A stretch of 64,000 bases of DNA, from positions 47,217-111,216 of the forward strand of contig CBFHOE010000006.1 of the NCBI GenBank assembly GCA_965657355.1, given 5' to 3'. The position numbers and the translations under genes were made by a program. Below the pieces are notes generated by a model. It did no database searches, had not been told where the DNA came from, and worked only from the letters and a program-made list of their open reading frames with translations. The stretch is from Limisphaerales bacterium. Lineage in GTDB: Bacteria; Verrucomicrobiota; Verrucomicrobiia; Limisphaerales; JAJOIW01. The stretch's first letter is position 1. The number at the start of each line of letters is the position of its first letter. Of the stretch, positions 29,151 through 38,784 are shown in pieces.

Positions 29151-29233
29151 TACGCAAGAATTATTCTCATGGTTCCTGCTGACTCAAAAATAATGACATC
29201 ATTCTAACGCAGGAATGGAAAAACTTAAATTTT

Positions 29234-29356
29234 TGGTTGACACACCCAATCCAGGTGTGTCAACCAGGTGTCGTGCAGTTTAGCGACATGCACGACAAAC
29301 GCTTCATTCTAGTAACTTGGGGCTTCCTCAGATATGTACATATCTGAGGTTTTTTT
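29234..29356 (+). other. Three adjacent inverted repeats ending in a + strand U-tract (candidate ncRNA or element end)
   Basis: TGGTTGACACACC/GGTGTGTCAACCA (13 bp), TGTCGTGCA/TGCACGACA (9 bp), and the perfect 24-nt palindrome CCTCAGATATGTACATATCTGAGG followed by T7. Confidence 0.6.
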
Positions 29357-29371
29357 CTTAAGAAAAATGAG

Positions 29372-30751
29372 TTAATCATTTTTTTGAATTCGTTTTTCCC
29401 ACTTACTCTTTATCTCTAACATCATTTCTAATTGGCTTTTATGAGTAGGGACTAAATTCTTGTTTTCAGAAATATCATCAGCAAGATTAATCAGAATGAG
29501 AGGGGCAACTGGATCAGTTGACATTGGATCTCTAGCATTTCCAAGTAACTTCCATTCACCAGAGCGAACGGCCCATTGTGGTTTTTTCCCAGATCCCAAC
29601 AACCAAAAAATATCTTTATGTGGAGACGGAACCGACTTTTTGCCAACGAGTATCTTTTTCAAAGAAAGTCCGTCGACGCCTTCTCTGTGTGATTCATCTA
29701 TATCCAAATCACACAGATCTACGAGGGTTGGAAACCAATCTATGCCTACAGATAATTGATCACAGACCTTCCCTGGAGAAAGTTGAGCCGGCCAAGAAAT
29801 GATGGAGGGGACTTTTATTCCTCCCTCAAATAAATTTCCTTTGCACCCGCGATACGGGCCAGCATACCCTCCGCCACCAAATGCTCTGACCTCAACTGAA
29901 TGGCCATGATCGGACTGGAAAATGATGATCGTATTTTCCCTCATTCCTAATACGGTCAAATAGTCGATAACTTCTCCTATCATTTCATCCATAGTTGAAA
30001 TGAAAGCGTTGTACATATTTCTCGGAGAAGGGAGATCCTTATAGAATTCTCTCCACTTAGGGGTTCCTTGCAAAGGGTAATGAGGGAAATTGATGGCCCA
30101 ATAAACGAAGAAAGGTTTTTCGGCCTGAGAAAACTTTAATAAATTGTCATTCATTTCTTCAACCATGCGAGTGCCGAAGAATTGCCCATCTTCCCAAATT
30201 TCTTTCCCATTTCTCCATAAGTCATGCCGATTGGGCCCATTCCAGTAAAAGAAGTGGGAAAAATTATCAATACATCCCCCCATGTGGCCGTATGAAGAGT
30301 CAAATCCTTGAGAATTCGGCATTGTTTCCTTGGAGTATCCCAGGTGCCATTTGCCCACATGTGCTGTTTGATAACCATTATCCCTGAAGAGTTCCGGCAT
30401 AATATATTGATTTGGAGGCATTCCAGGAACTCCAGGTTGCGATGAAACGTTGCCTGGAACTCCAGCTCGCGCTGGCAGTCTTCCAGTCAATAAGCCGGCA
30501 CGCGAGGCCGAACAAATTGCTGATGGGGAATACATATTGGTCAGCTTAACTCCAGAAGATGCTAAGGCATCAATATGAGGGGTTTTTAGATCTTTTGCGC
30601 CAAAGCATCCCAAATCTAAGCTCCCTTGGTCGTCGGAATAGATCACAATCACATTCGGCCTCTTGCCGAAGCAACTTAATTGAAGCGACATCAGGATACA
30701 AAAAATCAAAAACGCCTTTTTAAAATATGCGGGAGCTGCAAAGGAAATCAT
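29372..30751 (-). CDS. Sulfatase (formylglycine-dependent, family S1)
   Basis: 'PNVIVIYSDDQG', CSASR-AGLLTGR, 'GKWHLG', 'SDHG' and 'EGGIKVP'. Confidence 0.95.
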   Translation of the reverse strand: MISFAAPAYFKKAFLIFCILMSLQLSCFGKRPNVIVIYSDDQGSLDLGCFGAKDLKTPHIDALASSGVKLTNMYSPSAICSASRAGLLTGRLPARAGVPGNVSSQPGVPGMPPNQYIMPELFRDNGYQTAHVGKWHLGYSKETMPNSQGFDSSYGHMGGCIDNFSHFFYWNGPNRHDLWRNGKEIWEDGQFFGTRMVEEMNDNLLKFSQAEKPFFVYWAINFPHYPLQGTPKWREFYKDLPSPRNMYNAFISTMDEMIGEVIDYLTVLGMRENTIIIFQSDHGHSVEVRAFGGGGYAGPYRGCKGNLFEGGIKVPSIISWPAQLSPGKVCDQLSVGIDWFPTLVDLCDLDIDESHREGVDGLSLKKILVGKKSVPSPHKDIFWLLGSGKKPQWAVRSGEWKLLGNARDPMSTDPVAPLILINLADDISENKNLVPTHKSQLEMMLEIKSKWEKRIQKND

Positions 30752-30853
30752 GAAAGTAATTATATCACCGAGACAACTTAAGTATCAAAATTAATGACTT
30801 ATTTTCTTTTTGGCGGACTTCAATTCAAATTGTAACACGCTTTCGATTCCCTT

Positions 30854-32698
30854 ATGTTCTGGTGCGTGGGTCATGAACCAAAACCTGGAAATATCCACCC
30901 AGGCAAGAAAAGGTCCAATCAAAGAAAAAAACCGACCGGTAAATTGAGGATCGGCAATCAATGGAATGCCATCTCGATCATTGCCCTTTCTCAACACAGC
31001 CCTCTTAAGGCTATCGCGGAATTCGTCGAAAACTCAATTGACGCCGGAGCAAAACGTATCGACATCATCAAAGGGAAAGAAAAGAGAAACCACTTTTTGA
31101 GGATAATAGATGACGGACATGGGATCAGATTAAATGCAGACGGAATCCCCGATTTTAAATATGTTGCCACTCACATTTGTGACTCATTAAAGAGGCAGCT
31201 CAAAGAAAAAGGAGATGAATCACTGCAGGGTGAATTTGGTATTGGCCTTCTGGGATTTTGGGCACTTGGGGATAAAATGACCATCTCTTCGAATGATGAC
31301 AGTGGCGGAGTTTGGCAAATGACCATGCTCAGAGGGGAATCAGGATATCACATAGAAGAAAAACCTGTATTAATGACTACTCCGGGAACAGAAATAACAA
31401 TACACAATGTCGGCAGATCCTCATCGGCAACCCAAGGAGAAAAAATATCTCAATTTCTGGCTGAAGAATTAAGTGAAAGGATTAAATCTACTAATGTTGA
31501 AATTACGGTTGTAGACAACGCATCAAAATATGAAACCGTAGTAAAACCCAGAGAATTTACTGGCCAGTTAATTGAGCTGCCGGATGATCTCATAAGCAAA
31601 GTTTCTGATGAAATTGCCATCGAATTGTATTTTAAGGCGAATTCCAAGAATCGCAGAGTGGCCCTTTTTAAAAATGGCACAAGGGTTTTAGAGGACGTAT
31701 CTCATTTAGATTCATTAAATGCCTATCCATGGAATAGCGGTTTTTTTCAAGGGAGAATTGAAGTTGGTTATTTAAACCTAGCGCCTGCAACCAGGCTCGG
31801 GGTCGTTGCAGATGAAGTTTTAGAAAAATTTTACCAAGAAATATCTGATATAAGCGAGTACCTCAAAGATTACGTCTTTGATTATGAGTTATCAGCACAG
31901 ATAAAATCGACAGACGAAAACCGGAAAAAAATAAAATCGGCAATGAGAGAATCCCTCCTTGCCCTTCATTCAGAAGGCATAAAATGGACACCAAATAACG
32001 ATCCATCGGAAGATTCAAACTTAAAGGAAAAGACACCACGACACGAGGATTCAGACGAAAATCTGACTGAAGAAAGTGGCCAAAAACTATTTTTTCAAAT
32101 CGCGGGAGCACTACATTCTGTGGTCATATCTCCGTCAAGTACTGTCATACAGGCATACGGGGAGCAGGAGTTTCAGGCTTATGGCAGAGATAAACAACGG
32201 CGCGTTTTATCAGATATTGACAAAGTCGAGTGGGAAATCATGGAAGGAAATCTCACTGTTATTCATGCCAGTGGTAATAAAGCCATATTAGAGGCACCAG
32301 GACAGCCGGGACTTGCTAGGATTCGTGCTACATTGCATAGCCGGGGCCTGAAAAAATACTCGGAAGCACTCATCACAATTACTGACTCCGCCCCGTTTAT
32401 TGAATTTTCAAAGGAAGAAAATGATCCAACCAATTTTATTCCTGATTTTAAGTTGGTTGATAAAAAAGGAGAACTTTGGAGGTCAAGATTTCTAAATCAA
32501 GAGAGGATTATACATATTAACTCAGGGCATAGAGACTATATCTATGCCGCAAAAAACAAAAAAACACTGACAAGATATTTATCCAAACTTTATTGCAAAG
32601 AGCTCATTCTTCAGACAAGTTCGCAAAAATCGCCTGAAGACATTTTGGAGCAGATGGTTCAATTGGAGACATACATGGACCAGAACTTAAAAAATTAA
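30854..32698 (+). CDS. GHKL (Hsp90/MORC-like) ATPase-domain protein with an internal Ig-like domain
   Basis: Bergerat motifs 'EFVENSIDA', 'DDGHGI', 'GEFGIG' and 'GTEITI'. Later 'VVISPSSTVI...FQAYGRD...VEWEI' and C-terminal 'IHINSGH'. Start uncertain. Confidence 0.75.
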   Translation: MFWCVGHEPKPGNIHPGKKRSNQRKKPTGKLRIGNQWNAISIIALSQHSPLKAIAEFVENSIDAGAKRIDIIKGKEKRNHFLRIIDDGHGIRLNADGIPDFKYVATHICDSLKRQLKEKGDESLQGEFGIGLLGFWALGDKMTISSNDDSGGVWQMTMLRGESGYHIEEKPVLMTTPGTEITIHNVGRSSSATQGEKISQFLAEELSERIKSTNVEITVVDNASKYETVVKPREFTGQLIELPDDLISKVSDEIAIELYFKANSKNRRVALFKNGTRVLEDVSHLDSLNAYPWNSGFFQGRIEVGYLNLAPATRLGVVADEVLEKFYQEISDISEYLKDYVFDYELSAQIKSTDENRKKIKSAMRESLLALHSEGIKWTPNNDPSEDSNLKEKTPRHEDSDENLTEESGQKLFFQIAGALHSVVISPSSTVIQAYGEQEFQAYGRDKQRRVLSDIDKVEWEIMEGNLTVIHASGNKAILEAPGQPGLARIRATLHSRGLKKYSEALITITDSAPFIEFSKEENDPTNFIPDFKLVDKKGELWRSRFLNQERIIHINSGHRDYIYAAKNKKTLTRYLSKLYCKELILQTSSQKSPEDILEQMVQLETYMDQNLKN

Positions 32699-33030
32699 TA
32701 CTGCCTATAGGGTTGCGCCGCACCACCTCCACGCATTTGGTATTCATTTATAGGAGCATAATCAGGACCATCTCCAATTTTATTCCACCGAAGCCTGTGG
32801 GATTCGATAGCTTCAATTTCAAGTTTCTCCTTCTCATCTTGTGAAATAAGGCCTCGAGAAAATTGTTTATCTATCTCCATCATTTTGGCTTGTAGTTCTT
32901 CTCCTGCTTTTCTCTTCTTAGCTTGGGGGCTCGAACAAGCTGAAAACAAAATTACAAATGAAAGCAATACATTCCATACCAGAGGAGTAAAATTGTTTAA
33001 ATCATATCTTTTTGTTTCAGAAATCATCAC
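32695..33030 (-). CDS. Small putative lipoprotein
   Basis: Hydrophobic stretch ending in FSAC, with a short helical tail. Confidence 0.55.
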   Translation of the reverse strand: MMISETKRYDLNNFTPLVWNVLLSFVILFSACSSPQAKKRKAGEELQAKMMEIDKQFSRGLISQDEKEKLEIEAIESHRLRWNKIGDGPDYAPINEYQMRGGGAAQPYRQY

Positions 33031-33091
33031 GTATGAGGGTAGCGTGGTTTATGGAGCTATTCAACAAATTGAATAACTCCAATCAAATAAT

Positions 33092-33119
33092 AAAGCCCGG
33101 ACTGAAAAGCCCGGGCTTT
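33092..33119 (-). terminator. Intrinsic terminator (possibly bidirectional)
   Basis: AAAGCCCGG-N10-CCGGGCTTT perfect arms, 30 nt past the stop of the 1305-aa gene. Confidence 0.75.
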
Positions 33120-33149
33120 GAGTGAAATCAATTTAATCCAAACGTATGA

Positions 33150-36100
33150 TTAATTAGTAGGAATAACCCTGTAGAACATAATAGGATTTGCATCAGGATC
33201 AATTTTAAGAGAAGACTCACCGGATAAGTCGTCAATAGTGACTGAAATCCAATCATTCCAATTCTTAAGATCTTGAGATGTCTGAATTTTATATGTTGCA
33301 GACACGGTTCCTTTGATGGTGATTTCGTCAGACGTAATGCCTAATTCAGCTTTTTCACCGATTACCACGTTAGGTTCGTCATTATCTACTATAGTCACCA
33401 CAGTAGTTTTCACGTCCCCTATTGTGAGGCCCTCTGGGGCGCCTTCTGGCAGACTTAATTCTAACGAGAAGTTTTCATTAGCTTCTTCTGTAGAGTCATC
33501 AGCTATGATTGAAGTGAAGTCGATTTTCTTACTTATTTCACCGTCTTTGAAGCTTACCTTAACATTGGGCTTTTTGAGATCGCCAGACATGACTGTTGCA
33601 GATCCATCAATGACATTCAGTACGATTTCAACATCTCCTGAGTTCCCATTTTTTCTTTCAATTATCAAGCCCATGATGCCATGACCATTTTCATTCACCT
33701 CGTGCTCAGCTGAGCCAAAAGTGAAAGTCCCAGAGCGATTATCATTAGCAAGAACGTCTAACATTGCGACCCTGGAGAATTCTATTGCTTGGCCAACTGA
33801 AACAGAGGCTTTGTATGAACCTTTATCTGAAGCAGTGACTGATTCTATGCGCAATTCAGGGCCTGTGGCACCTGGAATAGGTTGTTCGTTATGATACCAT
33901 TGGATCGCTGCCTGATGTGTTTTCTGGTCAAGTCCTATGGAGAATACGACAGGGCTACCTAGCTCAATTTTCTTATCCGAAGGGTGTTTTACAATAACGT
34001 CTCCAGTGGGGTCTGTATGTTCTGGAACGTTTTGGAAGTTAATACCTTCAGCAATCTCATTAGGTGCCAATGTGATGTCATGTTGAAAGCTAGGAGCACC
34101 TGGGAAAACTTGTGTCCAACCAGATTGCATGACTTCCCTGACGATATAATTTCCGGCAGCAAGCCCTGTGAATTCGTAGCGACCAGACAAGTCTGTTATT
34201 TGAGATGGCTCGCCGGCGTCTAACGTTCCATTTGCATTCAGATCAAGGTAGATCTTCCAGCCTGGCAATCCAGTTCCAGGTGTGGCTGAACTCGGGGCAT
34301 ATAGAACTGGAGATCCAGTTGATGGGTCAATACGGTAGACTTTGTGCATGTCATAGGATGTGACATATAGAACGCCAGTGGAATCAAATGCCAATCCACG
34401 TGCTTGAGATATACCAGTAACATGATCTGAAACGGCCCCAGTTGAATCGATTTTCATGACCTTACCTGCATCGTATGCAGATAGATAAATATTTCCTGAA
34501 GAATCCCTTATTAGACCGCCCTCGGTTCTCTCAGAAGTATCTGCATATAGAGTTCCAGGGGATGATGATGCGGCAGCTCCACTTAGAGTTATGTAGAAAA
34601 CTTTTCCACTTTCTTCGGAAACGTAAATTCGATTCTCGGATTCTGAAATAACAATGCCTTGAGAATTATTATAACCTCCCGTAATAACTGTGGGCGTTAG
34701 AGTTGAAGCATCAAACCTTGTCAAGAATCCGCCGGAGCTCAAGACGTAAAGATTATCGTCCGCATCAAACGCAAGTGCATTAGGATTATCTAAACCGCTG
34801 GCCTGGTCTAGAAGGACAGTGACCGTACCATCAGCAGCCACTTGGAAGACCCTATTTGAGTCATCAGAAACGTGAAGAACCCCTGCGGAATTATATGCCA
34901 TACCAGAAGGTCCAGTGAAGCCTACCGCATGAAGTGAAACAGCACCAGATGAGTCGGCAGATGAGACTTGGCGGCTCTCATTTGCAATCATAAGATTTCC
35001 CGCTGCATCAAAAGCTAATCCAAATGGACCCTGTAAGTTTTCATTCATGGGAGTCCTCTCACCATACTTATAACCAATGATCTTAGCCGAATCTGATGGT
35101 TCTGAGCATATGTCGCGTAGATTTATGTTGTAAGAAATGAGTTGATCAACCACTTCTCCATCTGGAGCCAAGCCGTATGAAACCATATTGGGATCTGTGC
35201 TCAAGCGCATTCTAATTGGTAAAATTACACTTTTTTCTGGGCTGCATTCATCAACAAAATGGTGTCTCTGGGAGAAGGTTGGTTTGAGCTCCTTCACACT
35301 ATTATCACCAGGAACCATTGTGAAATAGACAAGTTCTCCTACATCCTCGAAATCACCATTGAAGTTAAAATCAATATACATTTTGAAGTAGGCTTCTTGC
35401 CCTGTTTCGTTTTGAACCGGGATTCTTGAAATAAGTTTCACATCGAGAAAAACAGAATCTGGTATCGAAGAGGCACTCCCATCGACTGACAGAGAAGTGA
35501 TTGCTGCCAATAATCCTTCTTCGTCCGATTGGTCATTAGAATCATCACCATCTGCTCTGTCAGTGGGTTGTCCATCTGGTTCGCTGTCAATCGTGTCAAC
35601 TCCGATTACTCCTGGATCCGATGGAAGGCTTAGACCTTTACGGATGATGTGACGGGGACCATTATCAGCTAGAGTTGTCTTATAGTCTGGAATAACAGCT
35701 AGGAAATCACCTTCATTTGTACCCACTTCATAATCAGGGAAGTCACCAAAATCCAAATCAGTGCCAGGTTCATTAGGGTCACCAGGATCATCCTCAACTT
35801 TAGCACAGATATGATCGATCCAAAGCTCCTGACCTCCAATGACGAATTCGGTTATTGGAGAGGTTTTAGAAAACAAGCACAACTCTCCTTTGTCATTACC
35901 TGAGCCACCCGCAGGGACAACAACTTTAACTCCACCGATAACATGACCATCGAGGTCTTTGATTTTTCCGACGTTCTTGAGCGGGGATCCATTGACGCTT
36001 AAATTGACGTTGCCGCCATATTCCCCGAATAGGATGCTAACCCCGTCCAACGGTCCAGTCGCACTTTTGAATAACAAGTTGATGTTATTGACTTCCATTT

Positions 36101-37067
36101 CATGTCCAAAGTGGCCGGCTAGTCCCCCATTTTCCACAGTGGCGACTCCACCACTTGTCATAGTGCCATCAGCCCATTGGAAATCCTTGGCTTCAACATC
36201 AAACTCCAAGGTGCCATCGCCATTCGTGACGTTGAAGGTATCGCCTACGTTGTAGGACTTTGACAAAGGGAGTTCCTCAAACTCGACGCAAGGATATGAC
36301 TCATCATGGGTTGAGTATCGAATATCATCGATAGTGTAGATGTCTCGTAGGCTGGCAGGTTCACCGCTGTAGGGCTCCATGAATGCAACTTTCTTGACCG
36401 GGCAGTCTGAGATAAAACCAAAAAATTGAAGTCCACCACCGGGGAAAGGGCCGGCAGCAGTGGTCACGATTTGGACTCTTCCATCTACATATGTTATTTC
36501 AGCCTGCACATCTCTTTTTACTTCTTCTCTTCCGCTTATGTAGCAACCAAAGGCATTTACTGGCCGAGAGAGTGTGAATGAGACGCCCCCTGTGGGGCCA
36601 TCATTGAGAGGATAAACTTGAAGGTGTCGATTGCCACCGGGAGTTGTGTTGAAACCAAGGCCTGGCGACGCACTGGTGGAGTTGGCAATCCCTTGAATAT
36701 TTGGTGATATTGAATTTCCCGTATTAATTAATGTGGCTAAAACATCCGAGTTCAAGGGCAAAGTATTAAAGTTGCCGACTGGGAAAGCTTCAAAGTCAAT
36801 TCTCCCTGGGGTCCCCGATAAGGCAGCCATAGCCGTATCAAAAGTCGATGCCATAGTTTCGGAATTCGTCCCAGTCACTCCTACAGCCATTGGATCATCC
36901 GCCATGAAGAAGGTTATTGGACAATCTGCAAAACCGGCCGTGCCGTGCACTGGTGAAGTTTGGCTGTAGCCCTGAGATACAGCACTGAACACCATCACCA
37001 TGCAGGCTAAGAATGCAGAGATTTTACTGCATCCCCAATTTCTTACATTCCATTGTTGTGTTTTCAT
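33150..37067 (-). CDS. Large secreted multidomain protein (GEVED-like, NHL-type propeller, SdrD-B-like, Ig, Calx-beta, C-terminal FYRV motif)
   Basis: 'DFGDFPD...YIDFNFNGDF...GEVVD', repeated 'PxGLAFD', 'GWKIYLDLNANG...GRYEFTGL', 'QWYHN', 'DDSTEEANENF...TIVDND', and the end 'YKIQTSQDLKNW...FYRV'. Confidence 0.85.
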   Translation of the reverse strand: MKTQQWNVRNWGCSKISAFLACMVMVFSAVSQGYSQTSPVHGTAGFADCPITFFMADDPMAVGVTGTNSETMASTFDTAMAALSGTPGRIDFEAFPVGNFNTLPLNSDVLATLINTGNSISPNIQGIANSTSASPGLGFNTTPGGNRHLQVYPLNDGPTGGVSFTLSRPVNAFGCYISGREEVKRDVQAEITYVDGRVQIVTTAAGPFPGGGLQFFGFISDCPVKKVAFMEPYSGEPASLRDIYTIDDIRYSTHDESYPCVEFEELPLSKSYNVGDTFNVTNGDGTLEFDVEAKDFQWADGTMTSGGVATVENGGLAGHFGHEMEVNNINLLFKSATGPLDGVSILFGEYGGNVNLSVNGSPLKNVGKIKDLDGHVIGGVKVVVPAGGSGNDKGELCLFSKTSPITEFVIGGQELWIDHICAKVEDDPGDPNEPGTDLDFGDFPDYEVGTNEGDFLAVIPDYKTTLADNGPRHIIRKGLSLPSDPGVIGVDTIDSEPDGQPTDRADGDDSNDQSDEEGLLAAITSLSVDGSASSIPDSVFLDVKLISRIPVQNETGQEAYFKMYIDFNFNGDFEDVGELVYFTMVPGDNSVKELKPTFSQRHHFVDECSPEKSVILPIRMRLSTDPNMVSYGLAPDGEVVDQLISYNINLRDICSEPSDSAKIIGYKYGERTPMNENLQGPFGLAFDAAGNLMIANESRQVSSADSSGAVSLHAVGFTGPSGMAYNSAGVLHVSDDSNRVFQVAADGTVTVLLDQASGLDNPNALAFDADDNLYVLSSGGFLTRFDASTLTPTVITGGYNNSQGIVISESENRIYVSEESGKVFYITLSGAAASSSPGTLYADTSERTEGGLIRDSSGNIYLSAYDAGKVMKIDSTGAVSDHVTGISQARGLAFDSTGVLYVTSYDMHKVYRIDPSTGSPVLYAPSSATPGTGLPGWKIYLDLNANGTLDAGEPSQITDLSGRYEFTGLAAGNYIVREVMQSGWTQVFPGAPSFQHDITLAPNEIAEGINFQNVPEHTDPTGDVIVKHPSDKKIELGSPVVFSIGLDQKTHQAAIQWYHNEQPIPGATGPELRIESVTASDKGSYKASVSVGQAIEFSRVAMLDVLANDNRSGTFTFGSAEHEVNENGHGIMGLIIERKNGNSGDVEIVLNVIDGSATVMSGDLKKPNVKVSFKDGEISKKIDFTSIIADDSTEEANENFSLELSLPEGAPEGLTIGDVKTTVVTIVDNDEPNVVIGEKAELGITSDEITIKGTVSATYKIQTSQDLKNWNDWISVTIDDLSGESSLKIDPDANPIMFYRVIPTN

Positions 37068-37445
37068 ATCAGTATTATTGTTGAGTTTTTATTGTGAGGC
37101 CTGGCAGAACCTCGTAGCGCAGTTGCGCGATGTAATAAGAATTACCTCTAAACTGAAGGTATCTTTCAGGAATTTAATACTTAAGCTGATCTGACAAGAC
37201 TATTTGAAGACTTTGTAAAACCTTTTGCCCGAGTATATTAAGCAGTGCAAGAACCGCTTGTAGCCTAAATATTTTATTTCTAAATGAATCAATTTATTAA
37301 ATTGCCATGAAAGGTTTCTGATGTAAGTAGGTATATCAGGTAGACGCTTTTCTGTATTAGCAATTGTTTTTTATTTTGAATCACCTAACTAATCGGTTGC
37401 GTTAACGAAAATTTGAATACTTCTTGTTCCGGAGCTTCATCACAA

Positions 37446-38747
37446 TCATTTTTCAGCAAAAAATAAATCGTTTTGCTCATCCCAAAGTTTCTTTATCAAG
37501 CTGTTGTTCGGGATACTGACATCGGCCCATGAAATGGGTGAATCGATACTTACATCTTGCTCGATAAGACAACCGTGAGACAGACCAATCGGCAGAAGAT
37601 TCTCTTCCCTTACTTTTGTTGAATTTTCGCACACTCCATAGGCTGTAAAACCACCGATACCATCAAGCCTATCGCCTTTTTGTAAATTCCTTTTCGCTAC
37701 AGCAATAACGTCAACAACCGGCCCGGCTATAGGCTTAATGGCGGGATCTCCAAGCAGCGCAGCTCTCGCAGCAGTTATGGGAGCCTCTAAATGACATAGA
37801 TGATAGGGCGTATAAAAAGAATACAAAGGACCATTACCCATTTTAAAATATTTTAGGTAGTGTTGGCGATCTGGGTCAATTTCCTTGGCAACAACGTATA
37901 CCCCGGGCCCAGGTTTTGGTCCTACGACATAATCAACGATCCCACCAGATGCTTCTAACATGCTAATGTCGTATTTTTCCGTCAGTTCATCTACATGCCC
38001 CTGGAATTGCATCCCTATCATACCACGCTGACTCACCCTGAATCCAGTTGCATTGGCGACCAAGGCTTGTTCAAAAGAAATTTTCGTACCGTCCGCGAAG
38101 CTGGTGACCATGGTGGGGTTTTGCCCCCATTCCTTCGCAAATGATTCTTGGGTTTTAGGTGTTCGATAATGATCCTGCAATCCCTTTATGTTTCCACAAA
38201 CCAGCGGGGTAAGACCCGAGGCTCGTACGAACCTGAAAAGATTTATCTGAGAACCGGGTTGATCGCCATCCGTCCCAGTAAAAACCAAACCCTTTTGGCT
38301 GGCCTTATAGTGAAGAAGAGGACCAATAGTCGCATCTAATTCTGCGTTGATTAATACGAGGTGCTTTCTGCTATCAATGCATTCCAAAGCAATCTTTGCG
38401 CCCGTCTCTATGGAGCCTGATGCATCGAGAATCACCTCGATTCCCTCTACTTTGCACATGAACATAGGGTCGGAAGTGACAACGAGCTTCCCATCGAGAA
38501 TACTTTGGTTGAGTTCTACTAAATTCGAGGGTTCGGCGTAATCGCGAGGCCCTGATTTTAAAGACCTGAGTAATTCAACAGCTTTCTCAGGTGTTCGGGT
38601 AGCAATGCAGGAAATTTCCATGCCATCAACGCGCTCAATAATCTGTTTGATTAATGCCGAGCCCAAAAAACCACACCCCACGACACCAACCCTTAAAGGG
38701 TGGCCCGATTCAGATCGTTTCTTAAGTGCAGAATCAACAAATATCAT
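37446..38747 (-). CDS. Homoserine-dehydrogenase-like NAD(P)-dependent oxidoreductase with C-terminal SAF domain
   Basis: GCGFLG, 'GDQPG', 'SFADGTK', 'PYHLCHLE', and SAF 'AKRNL...LDGIGG...LLPIGL'. Confidence 0.88.
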   Translation of the reverse strand: MIFVDSALKKRSESGHPLRVGVVGCGFLGSALIKQIIERVDGMEISCIATRTPEKAVELLRSLKSGPRDYAEPSNLVELNQSILDGKLVVTSDPMFMCKVEGIEVILDASGSIETGAKIALECIDSRKHLVLINAELDATIGPLLHYKASQKGLVFTGTDGDQPGSQINLFRFVRASGLTPLVCGNIKGLQDHYRTPKTQESFAKEWGQNPTMVTSFADGTKISFEQALVANATGFRVSQRGMIGMQFQGHVDELTEKYDISMLEASGGIVDYVVGPKPGPGVYVVAKEIDPDRQHYLKYFKMGNGPLYSFYTPYHLCHLEAPITAARAALLGDPAIKPIAGPVVDVIAVAKRNLQKGDRLDGIGGFTAYGVCENSTKVREENLLPIGLSHGCLIEQDVSIDSPISWADVSIPNNSLIKKLWDEQNDLFFAEK

Positions 38748-38784
38748 CGTGCCAAAAAAAGATTATTCATTGGAGACGAATTCG

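Noticed and set aside
29234..29356. CRISPR array, attC site or retron msr-msd
   Set aside because: No repeat-spacer periodicity, no clear attC R-box pair, and no cas, integrase or reverse transcriptase gene in the window.
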